Below are positions 39,601 to 56,100 of a stretch of 64,000 bases of DNA, one piece after another; the first letter of the stretch is position 1, and every line of letters starts with the position of its first letter. A program made the position numbers and the translations under genes. The stretch comes from Paramecium tetraurelia (Eukaryota), in contig CT868030.1 in NCBI GenBank assembly GCA_000165425.1, forward strand, positions 186,001-250,000, written 5' to 3'. The notes below the pieces were generated by a model. That model did not search any database. It was not told the origin of the DNA and saw only the letters and a program-made list of their open reading frames with translations.

Positions 39601-42600
39601 AGTAAGTGTTTTAAAGAATGAATTTCCTATATGTTTTGAATAATCCCTATGGAGTATATTAGTACAAAAGACTATCATAGAAGATTTCAGAATCTTATGA
39701 AAATCATACTATTCAATAAATAACAGTTTTAGATAACTCATCAAAATAATAACTTGTATCTCTATATTTTATTGATTATCAGATCGTTAATATAACTAAC
39801 CTCACCATTACAATTTCAGAATTAAATAAAGACGAATTAATTAAGACCACTTCAAAATATGGAGTGGATATTTACATCAATAATCTAATATTTAATTAAA
39901 CTCATTATGTAAATTTCTAAAAATACATATTCCTTCTTCTTAATATCACTAGTCTATCTATCAATAATTTGACTCTTATCAATGTTGATATATAAAACTT
40001 CCATTTATTTAAACTGTCTATTTCTAATTCATCTACTAGTATTAAAATCAACTTAATAAATCTTAAACTTATAAATTGCGAAATTAATAAACTTCCAGCA
40101 TTTTTTCCAATATACTTAATTGGTAGATAATATTTGATTAGAAATAAAATTTCTATAATGCATGTCGAATTTAAAAACTGTAGCTTTATAAAATTCTTAC
40201 TTTTTTCATATTTTTAGGACAATTAGTTGTGCCTTTACTTATAATCTTTGTTAATTGAAAGATTTCACTATTAGACTCAGCCAATTTTACTTCAAGTTCT
40301 CTTTTTTCTAATTATACAGCAACATAAACTAGATTAGCTTCATTAACGATTATGAATAATTAATTTAAAAATTCAAACTTTTTTGTAGCAGATCTTAAAT
40401 TTGAGATATATTCTACTAAAATCCAAAATACAACTATTAGAAATAGTCAATTTATATATTTTATATAACAACTTTCAACTGCATATCAAAAAGAGTTTCT
40501 AATAATCAATTAATTGCTATTATCACAATTGGAAATGGATTCATCATTATTGAGATTATCCTAAAACATCATAAGATTCGTTTAGTTTTTGAATATAGAA
40601 GTAAGAGATTTAACATAATTTAAAAACGATCAAAATTATTCATCTAATTTGTTTTTAGTTCAAGCAGATATGCTAATTATTAAAAATTACTTTAGCTATA
40701 ATTTTAATTCTAACCAAATTTAAATTGATATTCTAAATTCAAATAAAATAGAATTATACAACATTTTCATATAAGGTGACAACAATGATTTCCGAATTAA
40801 TCATGAAGCAGAGTTTTCTGATTGTCCACTACGAATGCAATTTTTAAATGTTTATAACTTCACTTCATTAATGATATAAGACTTTTAAATCTAAAATGTC
40901 ATGATTTGCAATAACAACTTTATTAATATAAAAGATGTTTAAAATTAAATAACTCTAAACATAGATAATTTAAAATTTAATGATATTATACTTTTGTAAT
41001 TATAAGGCACTGCACAAACTACTATGATTGCTATTTCAATTTCAAAATAATCAATGATCTCATTTACATAATTTGCAATTACTAATGTATTTGGAAATAA
41101 CTATGAGAGATTAAGAAAAGTATCTGAGCAATTAACAATAATTTCTGTTGTTGCTGCTTAAAGTACTCTAGAACTATTAAACAGCTATTTAAAAAGTAAC
41201 ATAATTACTAATAGCACTAATGCTTTAATATATTTAGAATTAAAATCTATTTCACTTCAAAATTTTACCAATATTGAATCGAATTACTTTACTGAATAAA
41301 TATACACTCACTTAAACTAAGAATACACAAAGATATCTATTTCATCCCTATAATAATTATTTCCAATTAAGTCCGAAGGAAGTGTTTTCAATATCTTATG
41401 CCAGAAATTAACTTTAAATAATATTGCTAACTAAAATTCTGTTGCTTTGCTGGGAGGGTTTTGTAAGATTGAATTGATATTAGATTGTGGGTTATTGATA
41501 TAAAATACTTATATACACAATAGCAAATCTATCTAGGCATAAGAAAGCAAAGGAGGATCCTTTTATATAAATGCAAAAGACACAAATTTAATACTTAAAA
41601 TGATCAATATAACTATCTCCCATTCCTTTTCCCTTTATGATGGTGGATTTTTATTTTTAATTCCTTCAGATCGTTCAAATCTCTTGACACTAGAAAATAT
41701 AAAAGCCACTGGTGTTTTTTCAATGTTTAGAGGTTTTATGAGTGTTGAATTTTCATTGTAGACAAGTTAAAATGTTGTGATTTTAAAGAACATTGATATA
41801 CAATTAGAATACGCCCAGATGGAGTATATAACAAGCAATTATGATGAATTAAAAGACAATGAACTCGAATATATAAAAATAACAAATGGATATTTATATT
41901 TCAATTACTGGTACATTTGTATATTTAGTTTAGCCAAATATAATTAATCAACATCAACCTATCATTCGAAATTATTACCTAACCTGTTTTCTATCTATCA
42001 AATATGCAAAATCTGCACATCATGAATTTCAATTTAGAGGTAGGGGAATAGACAAGTAATACAATTATAGAATTTGAATCGATTAAAAGTAAAAAATAAC
42101 TATATATAAAGGTTCTCAAGACAAAGATTTATTTATCAAGTCGTTCAAAGCAAGACAAGTTAAAGTTACAATTCCTGAAGCCTTTTATGCAAAATCATGT
42201 TATTCATCTTATAAATATGAAATTATCCATTTACCAAGTCTTAGTGAAAAATCTATTGCTCTCAAAATAAATAATTGCCTGATAAATTAATTATCTAAAG
42301 TGTATTAAGATGTCGAAAGCATAATTTAGATAAGATTATTAGATACTTTTAGAAATTTTAGATTCTGTAATGGCATTATCCTTAATTTTCACACGAATTC
42401 ATTTTCAATGGCTTTAATTGATATTTATTACTAAACTTAGGTGAAATCTAAATTTGAATTATTATATCTATTAAACAACAAATGCACTCGATCAACTTGT
42501 TTAAGAATTAGATCAAATGATCAATATCGCATGCTTGAAGTAATTTTAAAACAGATATACATGTTAAATAATGATAATTCAAAGAATGGTTAACTAACTC

Positions 42601-45092
42601 TGAGTAATCTAACCTATTTGATTAAATAATCGTATTTTATGAATAATAGGGCTATGGAAATGGCAGGTGCAATATATTTACAAAACAGTCCTCTAAAAAT
42701 TTAATCATCATACTTTATCAATAATAGTGCTCCCTTGGTAGGCGCAATTTATTGTTCAAATATATCTATACAGGATAGACAAGTTTTGACTTTTAGTTCA
42801 TTATTCTTGAATAATGTAGCTAAATATGCAATTAATACTTTTGGAATTGAATTTTACTCTTTAAGTCTGAGTCATTCAGTTTTGTAGAATCAAGTTATTG
42901 CAAATTATTCATAAATATCTGCATTTAAAGATTAGGGCAGTTCAGAATAATATTTAGTCTATTTGCCAAGTGGGTAGACACTAAAACAATATTAAATTTT
43001 TAACACAAAAGTTCTCAGATATTAAAGCTTAGAGTTTTCACTGAAATTTATAATTTTAAATAGCTTCCAAGAAAAATAAATCATAAATAATTATTCTATA
43101 AAATGCAATATTACAAGTAGTTTAATTGATAAGGAGTACAATGTTTTATAGGATAATATTACTATGTTCAGCGCAGAATTTAATACAGATAGGAGTGAAT
43201 TAAATTTAGAAAACAATACATTTGTATTGAATCCCTATTCGGGGGACTTATTAAAGATCAAAATATCATGCGATAACATTGAAAATAATAATTAATATGA
43301 ATTATTTGCAAAAGCTTATAAATGCTAGATGGGAGAGTTTTTCTATGAAGATTAATGTTTAAAATGCAACGCATCTCGAGGATATTACAGTGTTAATCCA
43401 TTAAACGGAGAATGCATTAAGGCAAATCCGAATTCTATACAAAATCATACAGAAAATCTATTAAATCTTTATGAAGGATTTTGGAGATTGAATATTTTAA
43501 CTCCTATTGCTGAATACTGTTCTAACGATCCATCAAATTGTTTAGGAGGATGGGAAACAGGAGACATAACATGCATTATAGGTCACATAGGAGCTTTATG
43601 CGAGGCATGTGATATTTATAATGTGAGGGGTTAGGGCCAATTCTCAAAAAGTAGAGATTATAAATGTTCCTAATGTACAAATTCTGGTTTCTTGATTGTT
43701 GAATTCCTATTAGCGTTTATCTGGGCTTTTTCGTAAATAGTCCTAGCTGTTAAAGGCACTTAATTATAAAATCAAAAGTTTCTCTTGAGCAAATCTCAAA
43801 CAAAATTTTATGATATTTTAGTAAGGCTTTCTTAAGGTATATTATATTTATGAAATATAGATTAATCAAGTTCAGTGATTAAACTTATCAGTAATTATTT
43901 TTAGATTATTATGGTAGTCTACACATTTAAGGTTGAATTTATCTCAAATTTAGATAGTCTATTTTAATTTATAGGTAATTCTACATATTCAACCACTTAT
44001 AATTTTGATTGTTATATATCCAAGATTGAATATTTGGATATAATATATTTGAATTTGATTTGGATCTTATAGGTTCAATTTTTGTAGTATGTCCTTTATC
44101 TTTTATTATCATTCTTCATAAAATTATCAAGACCAAGATTTTTTTCTTTGGAGACTGTCTATTCATCATTCTTTTACTTATATTTATCAGGACAAATTAA
44201 TTTAATAAAATTGTAAAATTGAATATTATAAATTAGGTTAGCTGAATTAATAACTCCAAAAACGATAAGCAATGTGGAATGGATATCAGCAAATCTTTCA
44301 TATCGTTTTTGGACAACCACTCATTAGAAAGTAATTTTTGCTCTCATTTTACCTTTATTAATAATGTTTGGACTAATTATACCTTTGTTCTTATTTTTAA
44401 GGCTATCCTAAAATAAATATAACCTAAGCAATTACAAAATTAAATAAAAATATGGATATCTATTTAATGAGTATTCTAAAACTCATTATTATTGGGAATC
44501 AGTAAAATTGATGTACAGATAGCTATTAATACTTATCATAGTGTTATTATAGGATTTTATTGTAATCAAGGGTATAATGTTGATTGGACTACTTTTTGCT
44601 TATCAAATTATATTTAGTTTGAGTAAACCATATAATGTTGGCAAGCTAAATTAATTTGAATCATAGGCAATTTAAATATGTATATGGTCAATCCTTTTGT
44701 GCATTTTGCAATACGAAATTTAAGAATTTAATTTATGGCTGAATATTATATGTTAGCTCCTAATTCTAATGTCATTCATAATCTTGATAGTTAAATCAAT
44801 TTTGAAGTTCATTCAAGTATTTAGTTCAAAATACGAATTAATAATTGATTATATAAAGACTAAGATAGTTAGATGTTTAAACTTATAAAATCTGCAAAAT
44901 TCAAAATTGTTTGAATTGAGTAGCAAAAGAAAAGCAAGAGTATAAAAGTACTTTAAAATAATCAAAATACATGTATTTAAAAGAGTTTAGACAACTGTAA
45001 ATATTTAATAAACCTAAAATGTTGAAATTATGTTATGTTCAAGTTTATCGCCATCTTAAAAATAGATAACGCCAGGAAGAAGATTCTTGTGA
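36700..45092 (+). CDS. Giant surface protein paralogous to 20299-28656 (frame break near 40100-40350)
   Basis: MKISRLFFLIKLFSLCCC; NVKFVFGG; CHFSCATCNGP; CLGGWETGDITCIIGHIGALCEACD; YGYLFNEY..YYWE. Shares intron positions with the paralogue. TGA 45090-45092. Confidence 0.85.
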
Positions 45093-45584
45093 TTTTATAA
45101 TATTTGAGTATAATAACCGATAAATTATACTCAATTTTATGATCATTATTATTTTTATGGTCACTATTCTTATAAGTCTAAAATCATAATTGTAGATACA
45201 ATTATGATTTTAATCTTTATCTTACATTTAAATTTGATATAATCGATTTGGTGTAATTATTAAATAACAATAAATGCAACCTATGAGTTTGTTTGCTATT
45301 AATAGAAAACTTATCAATCCTATATAATTTATGTTTAAACATCGTATCTATTATATAAAATGATCATGAATAATCAAATATTTTGATTGAAGTAAATAGT
45401 GCTTTTTTGTAAATTTAATTAACTTCATTTTTTGTTAAACCCATTTTTTATCTCTAATTGATGTATTAGTTTAAAACATGAATAAAATTTAATTCTGTGT
45501 TTTTCTATTGGATCTATAAAAAATATGAAAAAATGATATTTATTTTTCAATGAATTGAATTTAAGAATGAAATAATTAAAATAA

Positions 45585-47442
<1,858 letters not shown>

Positions 47443-47501
47443 ATTTTACTTTAATTAATTTGTCCATTTCATAAGAATAGAAATTTATCAATAAAATAAT
47501 A

Positions 47502-48513
47502 TCAAAATACAATGCATGAAGAGCATGATTCCCTGTTTCTACGTTTTATGCCTTGTCCTTAAATATAAACAACATCATGAAATGGTACAAGTATTTATTT
47601 AATAAAATTACTATTCTATTCAATTTCTTCATTATATTAATCTAGAGGTGGTCTTTGTCTCTCCAACATTCCCTCAATTAGTACAATTCTCTATTGATAA
47701 GGCAATTACAATTAAAATCTAAATTCTAAATTTGGAATTTATATTCTATTTAATTCTATATTCAAATTGATTATTTGATGTTTTATATATTTCTTTGAAA
47801 ATGAAAGTACATCAAATTTGGCTAGTATTTCATCCAAATTCAATTTTTTTGTTGCTAAAATCTCAAATTTATCTCCATTATCAATATTTTTGCCCAAAAT
47901 TATAAAATTTAAAATATTTTCAATCTCTGGCTAAACCACAAACGAGCAAATTTTATCCTCTCCATATGAATAAATTGATTATTATTCTTATTAATTGAGT
48001 GCTACTTTGCATTTAATTATATAATTTTGAAATACTTTAGACTTCTAGCTTTTGTTATGTGAGTAGCTGATTGTAAGTCGATTTGTTTAATCACAATTTT
48101 ATTATTAATTTTCTTGTAAGATTTTGATTTACTATTTTAAAGTTTAAATCTAATGAGTGATCATTTGCGATTTCATTTTTGCTTCAACTATATATGAATG
48201 TAAGTATATTATTTCAATCAAACAACGACGTATGAACTCTTTAACTCTTATGTTCCTAAATTATTAATCATTTTTTAATCTTTTTGTATTGAGTCTTTTA
48301 AGCTTCTAACTGAATTCTATTTTTTATAGAATTTTCCTTTAAAAATGGATATCAAATATAGTACCACAAGTAAATGTCAGGTGGAATTTGATTAATAAGC
48401 TCTTAATTTAAATTATCATTTAAGGAATATCCAAATTATTCTCTTAATAAATTTTCTCTTTGATTATATCTTTCTTATTCTTCATCGATAACCATTTTTC
48501 TAATGTCATCCAT
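47502..48513 (-). CDS. Hypothetical coiled-coil/C2-like protein with C-terminal CaaX box (CIVF)
   Basis: MDDIRKMVIDEE.., one intron, ends IKRRNRESCSSCIVF*. Confidence 0.75.
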
Positions 48514-48862
48514 AATGCTCAAACACAAAAATTATAATTTTTATTAATATATTTAAATGTTAAAATCAGTGCATACTAATAAAAATACCATTCTGATTAA
48601 TAATCACATCTTTATCAGAAATGAATTGCTTTGCCAACTATTTTAATTCATAAACCGTATTTTGGAATACCGATTTCTAATTTTTGCATTAAAATTTTTA
48701 GATAATTTAAATTGAATCATTTATTATAGATCATATATGATTATAAATATCTAGTTTGATAGAGATCTTGGAATAATAATCATATTGAATATATAAATTT
48801 TACTTATGCGAATATAAATTAATAATTGATAATTTTCTGAATATAAACTGTATATTTATTTT

Positions 48863-50081
48863 TCATGATTAAAATTACTCATAAATTCTACTTCCTCTTG
48901 TTTATCCCATTGAAGATGTTGTAGTAGTTCCACCTGTACGAGTTACTACTTTTGAGGTTGATACAACAACTTCCTATTAAAATCAATAGTAAAATAATTA
49001 CCTTCTTTTATCCTTTCCTAAGGGCTTCTAATTCAGCTTGACACATGGTTAATTCTTCTTAGCATTCATTATAATCATGATTGACCTTGATGAACTTCTA
49101 TTTCCAAACTTCCACTTCAGATGATAAGTATGTCACTTTTTCTTGGATAACAGTTTGGCCTTATGATTCTAATTGTTCATATCTGAATCTCAAATCTTCA
49201 AGATCTCCATCTTTAATTTTGATAGAATAAGCAAGTCTTTCGATTTCTGATGACAACATAGCAATTTTATTCTTTTTTTTATAGCGTATATGTAGATACC
49301 TCATAATCTCTTAATTTGAGAAGTAAATCATTATTTTCTTTCCTTAATCTACCATTTTCTTCCTATAATCTTCTGATTTAACCTTCTAAGTCTTAAATTT
49401 AGCTTTCAAACTTAATTCTTAGATTGTAAAACTCTCTTTCTTTAGCAGCTAGATCTTCAGTTTAAGAGCTTCTCAATTAAATTTCTCCTCTCATTGATTA
49501 TAGTTGCAGCTATAGCTAATCATTTTCTGATCTTAATTGACGTAATTGTGATTCCAAGAATTGTACTTAAGAGTTGTCTACGACTACCTTTTCTTTTTCA
49601 ACTACTTTTTCAACGACTTAGACCTCTTTTCTCTTTTCCAATTCAGCAATTACTGATTAGAGATATTCGCATTCCAATCTCCAGGGAGCTTCGATTTCCT
49701 CTTTTGAAACTACGATAACATTCATGCATAATGGTTGAGCAGCAACGCAATTTTATTGTACAGAATAGTTGCCTTAATATCCAATTTAAGGAATGGCAGC
49801 CATATTTGAAATATAACTTTATCCTCCAACAAAACCTTGGGTTTGAGTTCTCAAGACTTGTTGTGATTGCATTCTAGGGAGTTTTGTGGCACTTCTTTAT
49901 TCTACTTCCACTGTGGTTGTCTTGAAATAACAGATAATTTTACTTATACTTTAGGTGTTTCCCTAGAGATTACTTATTCCACTCTATCCTAAGTGATGCT
50001 TCTAACATTATCCTTGAAGCCTGAAGTATATTGTCTTTGGGAAGATTGTGTTACATATTGTTTGGTTTAGAAATCACTCAT
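48863..50081 (-). CDS. Cortical/cytoskeletal coiled-coil protein with an EpiC-like repeat
   Basis: VVEKVVEKK; ENKIAMLSSEIERL resembles ciliate epiplasm coiled-coil repeats; three introns; TGA 48863-48865. Confidence 0.75.
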
Positions 50082-50272
50082 TCGATTGCAAATAAATTTT
50101 ATTTATCAAACAATCAAATTTGTTTATTGGGTTTATAGTACTTTAATGAAACAAAATGCTGTTGTATTCAAGGAATATAATGAAACCATGAATAGTAAAA
50201 ACTTCTAACTTCTAATAAATACAAAATTTCAATATAAATATTCGAATAATATAATTAAAATACATTTAAAAG

Positions 50273-51080
<808 letters not shown>

Positions 51081-51108
51081 TTTTAAGCATGCATAATATA
51101 TTAGTTAT

Positions 51109-51812
51109 TCAATTATATTCATTTATTTATTTTTGCTTTTCAATTACTTGAGCATACTATTTTGTTCTTTATTAGGAATCTACAAGGTAGAAATGCAATT
51201 CTTCTATGTTTTATTCATATTCAGTTAATGTTCTTGCATTCAGAATTTCAAATTTCGGTTTAGGTACTGTGGTCATTTCAGTAGACAGAGATTGCTTTGT
51301 TTATTATCCATTTTACTCCATTTATTGTAATAAATCACCTAAGAAATTTATTCTATTTATTCTCTCTTCCTTGCTTTAACTATATTTAATATATACAATA
51401 CTTTCCGCTTACAATAAAATTCTGTCTTTTCTAGTGTGAATTTGATTGTGTACTCGATGTTATTTCGGCTGCATGATAATTCTTCAATCGAAATGACGGA
51501 CTTCTCCTGATCTGGGTTGACAGAAACAATTATTATTAATTCTAAACACACACTCAATTAACTATTACCTGTGCAATTGGTCCAGCCTGATGTTAAATCT
51601 ATCATTCAAAACAAATCTCATCATACTTCTAATTGTTGCAATTCGCCTTAACTAGGAGTTCTGTTAGGACTTTATTATGTAGAGCATCTGTTTTGACTTG
51701 AAGAATTTAATCTCATCCCTTGAGAGCTTTTTGCTCTATTGGGATCAACCATCCTTTGTCTTCTTTTAGAATTATTCAAATATGGAGTATATCGGATAGG
51801 GCAAATATTCAT
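51109..51812 (-). CDS. Hypothetical protein
   Basis: MNICPIRYTPY.., three small introns restore the frame, C-terminal IEELHFYLVDSQQRTKQYAQVIE. Confidence 0.7.
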
Positions 51813-52174
51813 TTTAATATATTATTATAAATTTTTATTAAAAAAATTTTAATCTAAAATGATGTCGAAATTCAAGCTATCATCACTGATATAATTACAT
51901 AGCAATAAAGGCAATCAATTGTTGATCATATGATATTCATATTTGACTGCTATCCTTTATTTGATCAAGTAATTAAATCTAATTCAATTTTATATTATTA
52001 GCATTAACATTTTTTGCTATTTTATGATCTTATATAATATTATTTTATTTAAACTTTATTTGATCATAATCCAAATCTAAACCAAGAATAATCTCAAATT
52101 CATATAAAATATAAAATCAGTATCTCTTATTCATTTAACTAACCTTTTAATCCTGCTACATCAATAAAAATTTA

Positions 52175-52470
52175 ATGTCAGCAGTAGATAGAGAGGTATC
52201 AATGCCTTTATTGAATTCCTTGCTGAAAAAGCAATCTAATTCATAAATATGAATTGAGAATATTCGAAATTGCTCACATTATGCTCAAATCTTTTAATAC
52301 ACTTAGGACCATTTGACTTACACCCCTAATGAATTTTTAAATTTGATGTTGTATCTTTTACCTGTTTTGACAAACCTGTAAATATATGGTCAAAAACTTG
52401 GATCATTTTTGAACGGTATATCACTTGAGTACTCCATCTCTACTAAATTGATAGATTAAACTTATGGCAT
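52175..52470 (-). pseudogene. Possible small gene or gene relic
   Basis: ATG 52470 (MPQVQSINLVEMEYSSDIPFKNDP), candidate 22-nt GT..CAG intron, ambiguous downstream frame. Confidence 0.3.
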
Positions 52471-53719
52471 TTAATAATAATAAAATTAATTATCGCAATA
52501 TACTAATATAAGATTAAGCAATAAGGAAAACTCTAAAAAGGAATATCTTTCTCTTATAAGCTTGCTAATTGAATATTAGCAATTTAATTTTTGCTTTCTT
52601 ATTAAAATTAATTAAATATTTCTATTAAAATATTTAATTTTTTTCGAAGAAATCAACTACCTTTAATATGTAAATTGTACTTTCCCTCACTTATATCTGA
52701 TTTATATACAAATTTTCTATTTTTTGTTGATAGAAAATTGGCAATAATAAAAAATTGAACTTGCTTTCTATTTTATTTATAGAACAAAATTCAATAAATA
52801 TATTATTATAAATTAGAAACATTTTATTAGTTATGAAAGACTTTTGTTATTAGTCTAAGTCAAGAACTTTTAAATGATAAAAGGAAGAATAATAATTACC
52901 CTTTAGTATGAATAATATACATGTTCTACAGAATATTAGATCCCTTATACAAGAATATTTGAACTTAAGAAATCTTAAAAAAATATTCAACATATTAAAT
53001 TAAATAGTATTCTTTAAAAAATGTTTATATTTATTTTATGATACTTGTGAACTAATATTTGATCATTAATTAAGCCATTCGATTTTGCAAAACAGTTGAA
53101 TTGCAACAATATTGATTTTAAGAGATATGATAGATTTCGAATAGACTTGAATAGTTGGAAAAATATTATTAGTTTATTCACTAGCATATATTTTTTATAA
53201 ATTTACCTTAAATATTATTTTATTATTAATTTTAGTTAGTATACTAATGATAATTAAATATAAAATCTATTTTTTTAAATTTTATATTAGCGAAATCAAC
53301 TTTTAATATAGCGCAAGAAATTCCTGGTGTTGAATAGGTCAAATTGACTAAGCTACATCATTTATTGCTAAAAATGAACAATTGTTTTATTTTGTTCTAG
53401 AATATATATTATAACGAAAAAGCCCTGATGTCAATTTTTAAATAGTTCTATGTATCATAATATCAGAATTTAAATTCTAGATTATTTCAATATGTGCATT
53501 TTATAATGCAATGCTTATAATATTTGACTCATATTCTGTTACAAAGTTGGGAAAGCCGACATAAAACAGCATAAATTGATACTAGAAACAAGTAAATCTA
53601 AAAATAAATGATCGTTGATTAGACAATTGATCACTAATCTACAAGAGACTTTCAATTAAATATTATGATTATTGGATTAGTTCATATAATAATCTAAGAT
53701 TTGTTTTTTTTATATCGAA

Positions 53720-54571
53720 ATGAAAATATATGGTATTAAGCAAGAGGAACGAACAAACCCAGCTCCAGTCAGCATTCCAAGACCAATTCCTTACTGTACA
53801 AATTATAAGTATCTTCTATTAGATTAGACAAGCGAAAATTTGATATCAATTTAAAAACAATGGGCTGTTATTCATAAATTCATGAGAGCCTTAAACAAGT
53901 TATAATAAGCTTAAAACAAAAACCATAATTAACCAAAGTACCCTTTTGTATTACAACTCTCTATGAATGAATTTATGGTACTTAGTAGTTAATATTCTTA
54001 GGTTCATTTGGGGACCGATAAACTAGAATTAAGAATGTCAAATGAGCTTTCATACTATCCCAACTTCGGGCCTGTCCAATACTGTTGTCCTCCTCCAGTC
54101 AACTCACCTACTCCAACAATTAAACTTCCTATACATAAGAAGCGGGAAGTGAACGTCCTACAAGACTAGAAGGATACTAAGAACATACCGAAGAATTACT
54201 GCAAAAGTATCATAACTTTTGCCTGTAAGAATCAAAATCTTTGTTTGGAAATTCTTAAAGACTAGTTGAAGGTGATAAAATTCTTGGAAAAGATTACTGT
54301 CTACAAAAAATAACTGTTAAACATAAGGATCTTCAGTAGCCTTTTACAACACTCTGATGACCCTGAAGAGGAGGAGTTCAGAAAGGCATTCAGAATAATC
54401 AGGTAAATTCTTATATATATATATATTAGTCGGATATTTATAAAGAAATACGCAATAAACTATATTTTTAACTCTAAGATCGTGTAGCATAATTGGCATA
54501 TGAGATATAGATCACAGATTTATAAGGGAGTAAAAAATCCAAACAATTTTTCACATATTAAAAACTTATGA
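53720..54571 (+). CDS. Ciliate-type protein with 'TKNIPKNY' C-terminal domain (possible nuclear regulator)
   Basis: Three introns; DTKNIPKNYCKSIITFA..FRKAFRIISRIFIKKYAINYIFNSK..HMRYR..IYKGVKNPNNFSHIK*. Confidence 0.8.
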
Positions 54572-56100
54572 GAAAAGTTTAATTGAATCCATTTGATTAT
54601 AAAATAAGATTATTGAATAACTTATACATCAATTAGGTGTAAATATTTATATTAAATAACTTTTCCCTAAATCAAACCCTTTTGTATAGTCTCATTCGTA
54701 TTTCAGGCTCTGGAGAATAAGGTGTGAACATAAAACAAAAATAACTAGTAATAATTACTAAGCAATCTTTAAAACTCTGAAGAAAATTGATAAGGAATGT
54801 GCAAGATTCTAATAAAGAAGGATAGAATAAATGTAATATCTATATATTCTAAAATCGTTATTAAAATTTCAATTAAATTAATAATTAATTTTTATAATTA
54901 ATGTCATATATTAATTACTCCGTGAGAATTGTGATAAAAATTAATTAAAAAAATGTGGAAATGAGCAAGCATAAAGCCGATAGCATATTTGGTATGAAGG
55001 ATTAGAGTTAGTTTCTAAGAAAAGCATAAACATCTCTACTTCAAAAGCATTTATTTTCTACTGACACTTTCTTACATTCTTTAAACCCATGAAAATATCT
55101 TTAATCTTCTAGATTTATTTCAGTAAATACAATATTTCTTGTATTTGTTCCGATTCATAAAATTTCAATTAAAATTTATAGCAATTTTTTCAATAAAAGT
55201 GTAATCTCTATTTAATTTTTATTGAATTTCGAGGTAAAAAATTTATCTAAAAATTTGAAAATGTAAAATGCTTTATCATTTTGCAGAAATTAAGTAAATT
55301 TTTGTTCGTAATGCTTAAAATTCAAATCTAATTACAATAACATCGAGTGATGATCTTTATAATCACATTCCGATATTGCATTTGAATGATGAATTTCAAC
55401 CAATATCAACAATAAGGAAAATAAAAATAGATGTGGAGCACTCCTTATTATAAAGAAACTATGAATTCATGAAACAAGTGTTCTCAATTAGATTTTCAAT
55501 TTTTTTAAATAATTCATTTTAATATTTGATTATTTCTTCAAGATTGTTAATTTTTATTAAACCATCACATGATTAACGATATTATGAACATTTTAGCCTT
55601 TAAAGGTCCGGAAAAACAAAGTGAGGATATATCCCAATGGGAATCATTAAAGTTAATAATTCAATTCGAAATTACTATATATATGATTCCATCTCCATTC
55701 TTAAATAAACTTAAATAAAAACCATCCTAAATTTTATGCTTACTGTTTATTATCATTACATATTCATATTTAATTTTGTAATAATCTGAATATAAAATTT
55801 CTGCCAAATGGTGAAAAAGAATTTCTTTAAAATGCTAATCAAGCTATATTTAATTCTATAATTTTTTGAAGGCCCCAATCACATCAAATAATATTATCAA
55901 TACCTTTCATTCAGTCTAGTCCTTTTTAAGCATATAATAACAGCTTATCAAAAATGATTTAAAAAGAACCGTCATTAATTCTATTATAAATACTTAAGGT
56001 TTTAAATCTTAAAAATAAAATGCTCGTAATATTTTTGATCTTTAATCATAATATATAAAGGTAAATTTTAATAATTCTATAATAATATTTTTTGTTATAA

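Noticed and set aside
54411..54427. (TA)n microsatellite
   Set aside because: Short run inside a normal small intron; expected in AT-rich DNA
55345..55400. Box C-like GTGATGA and ATGATGA suggesting a C/D snoRNA
   Set aside because: No CTGA D box at a suitable distance and no terminal stem
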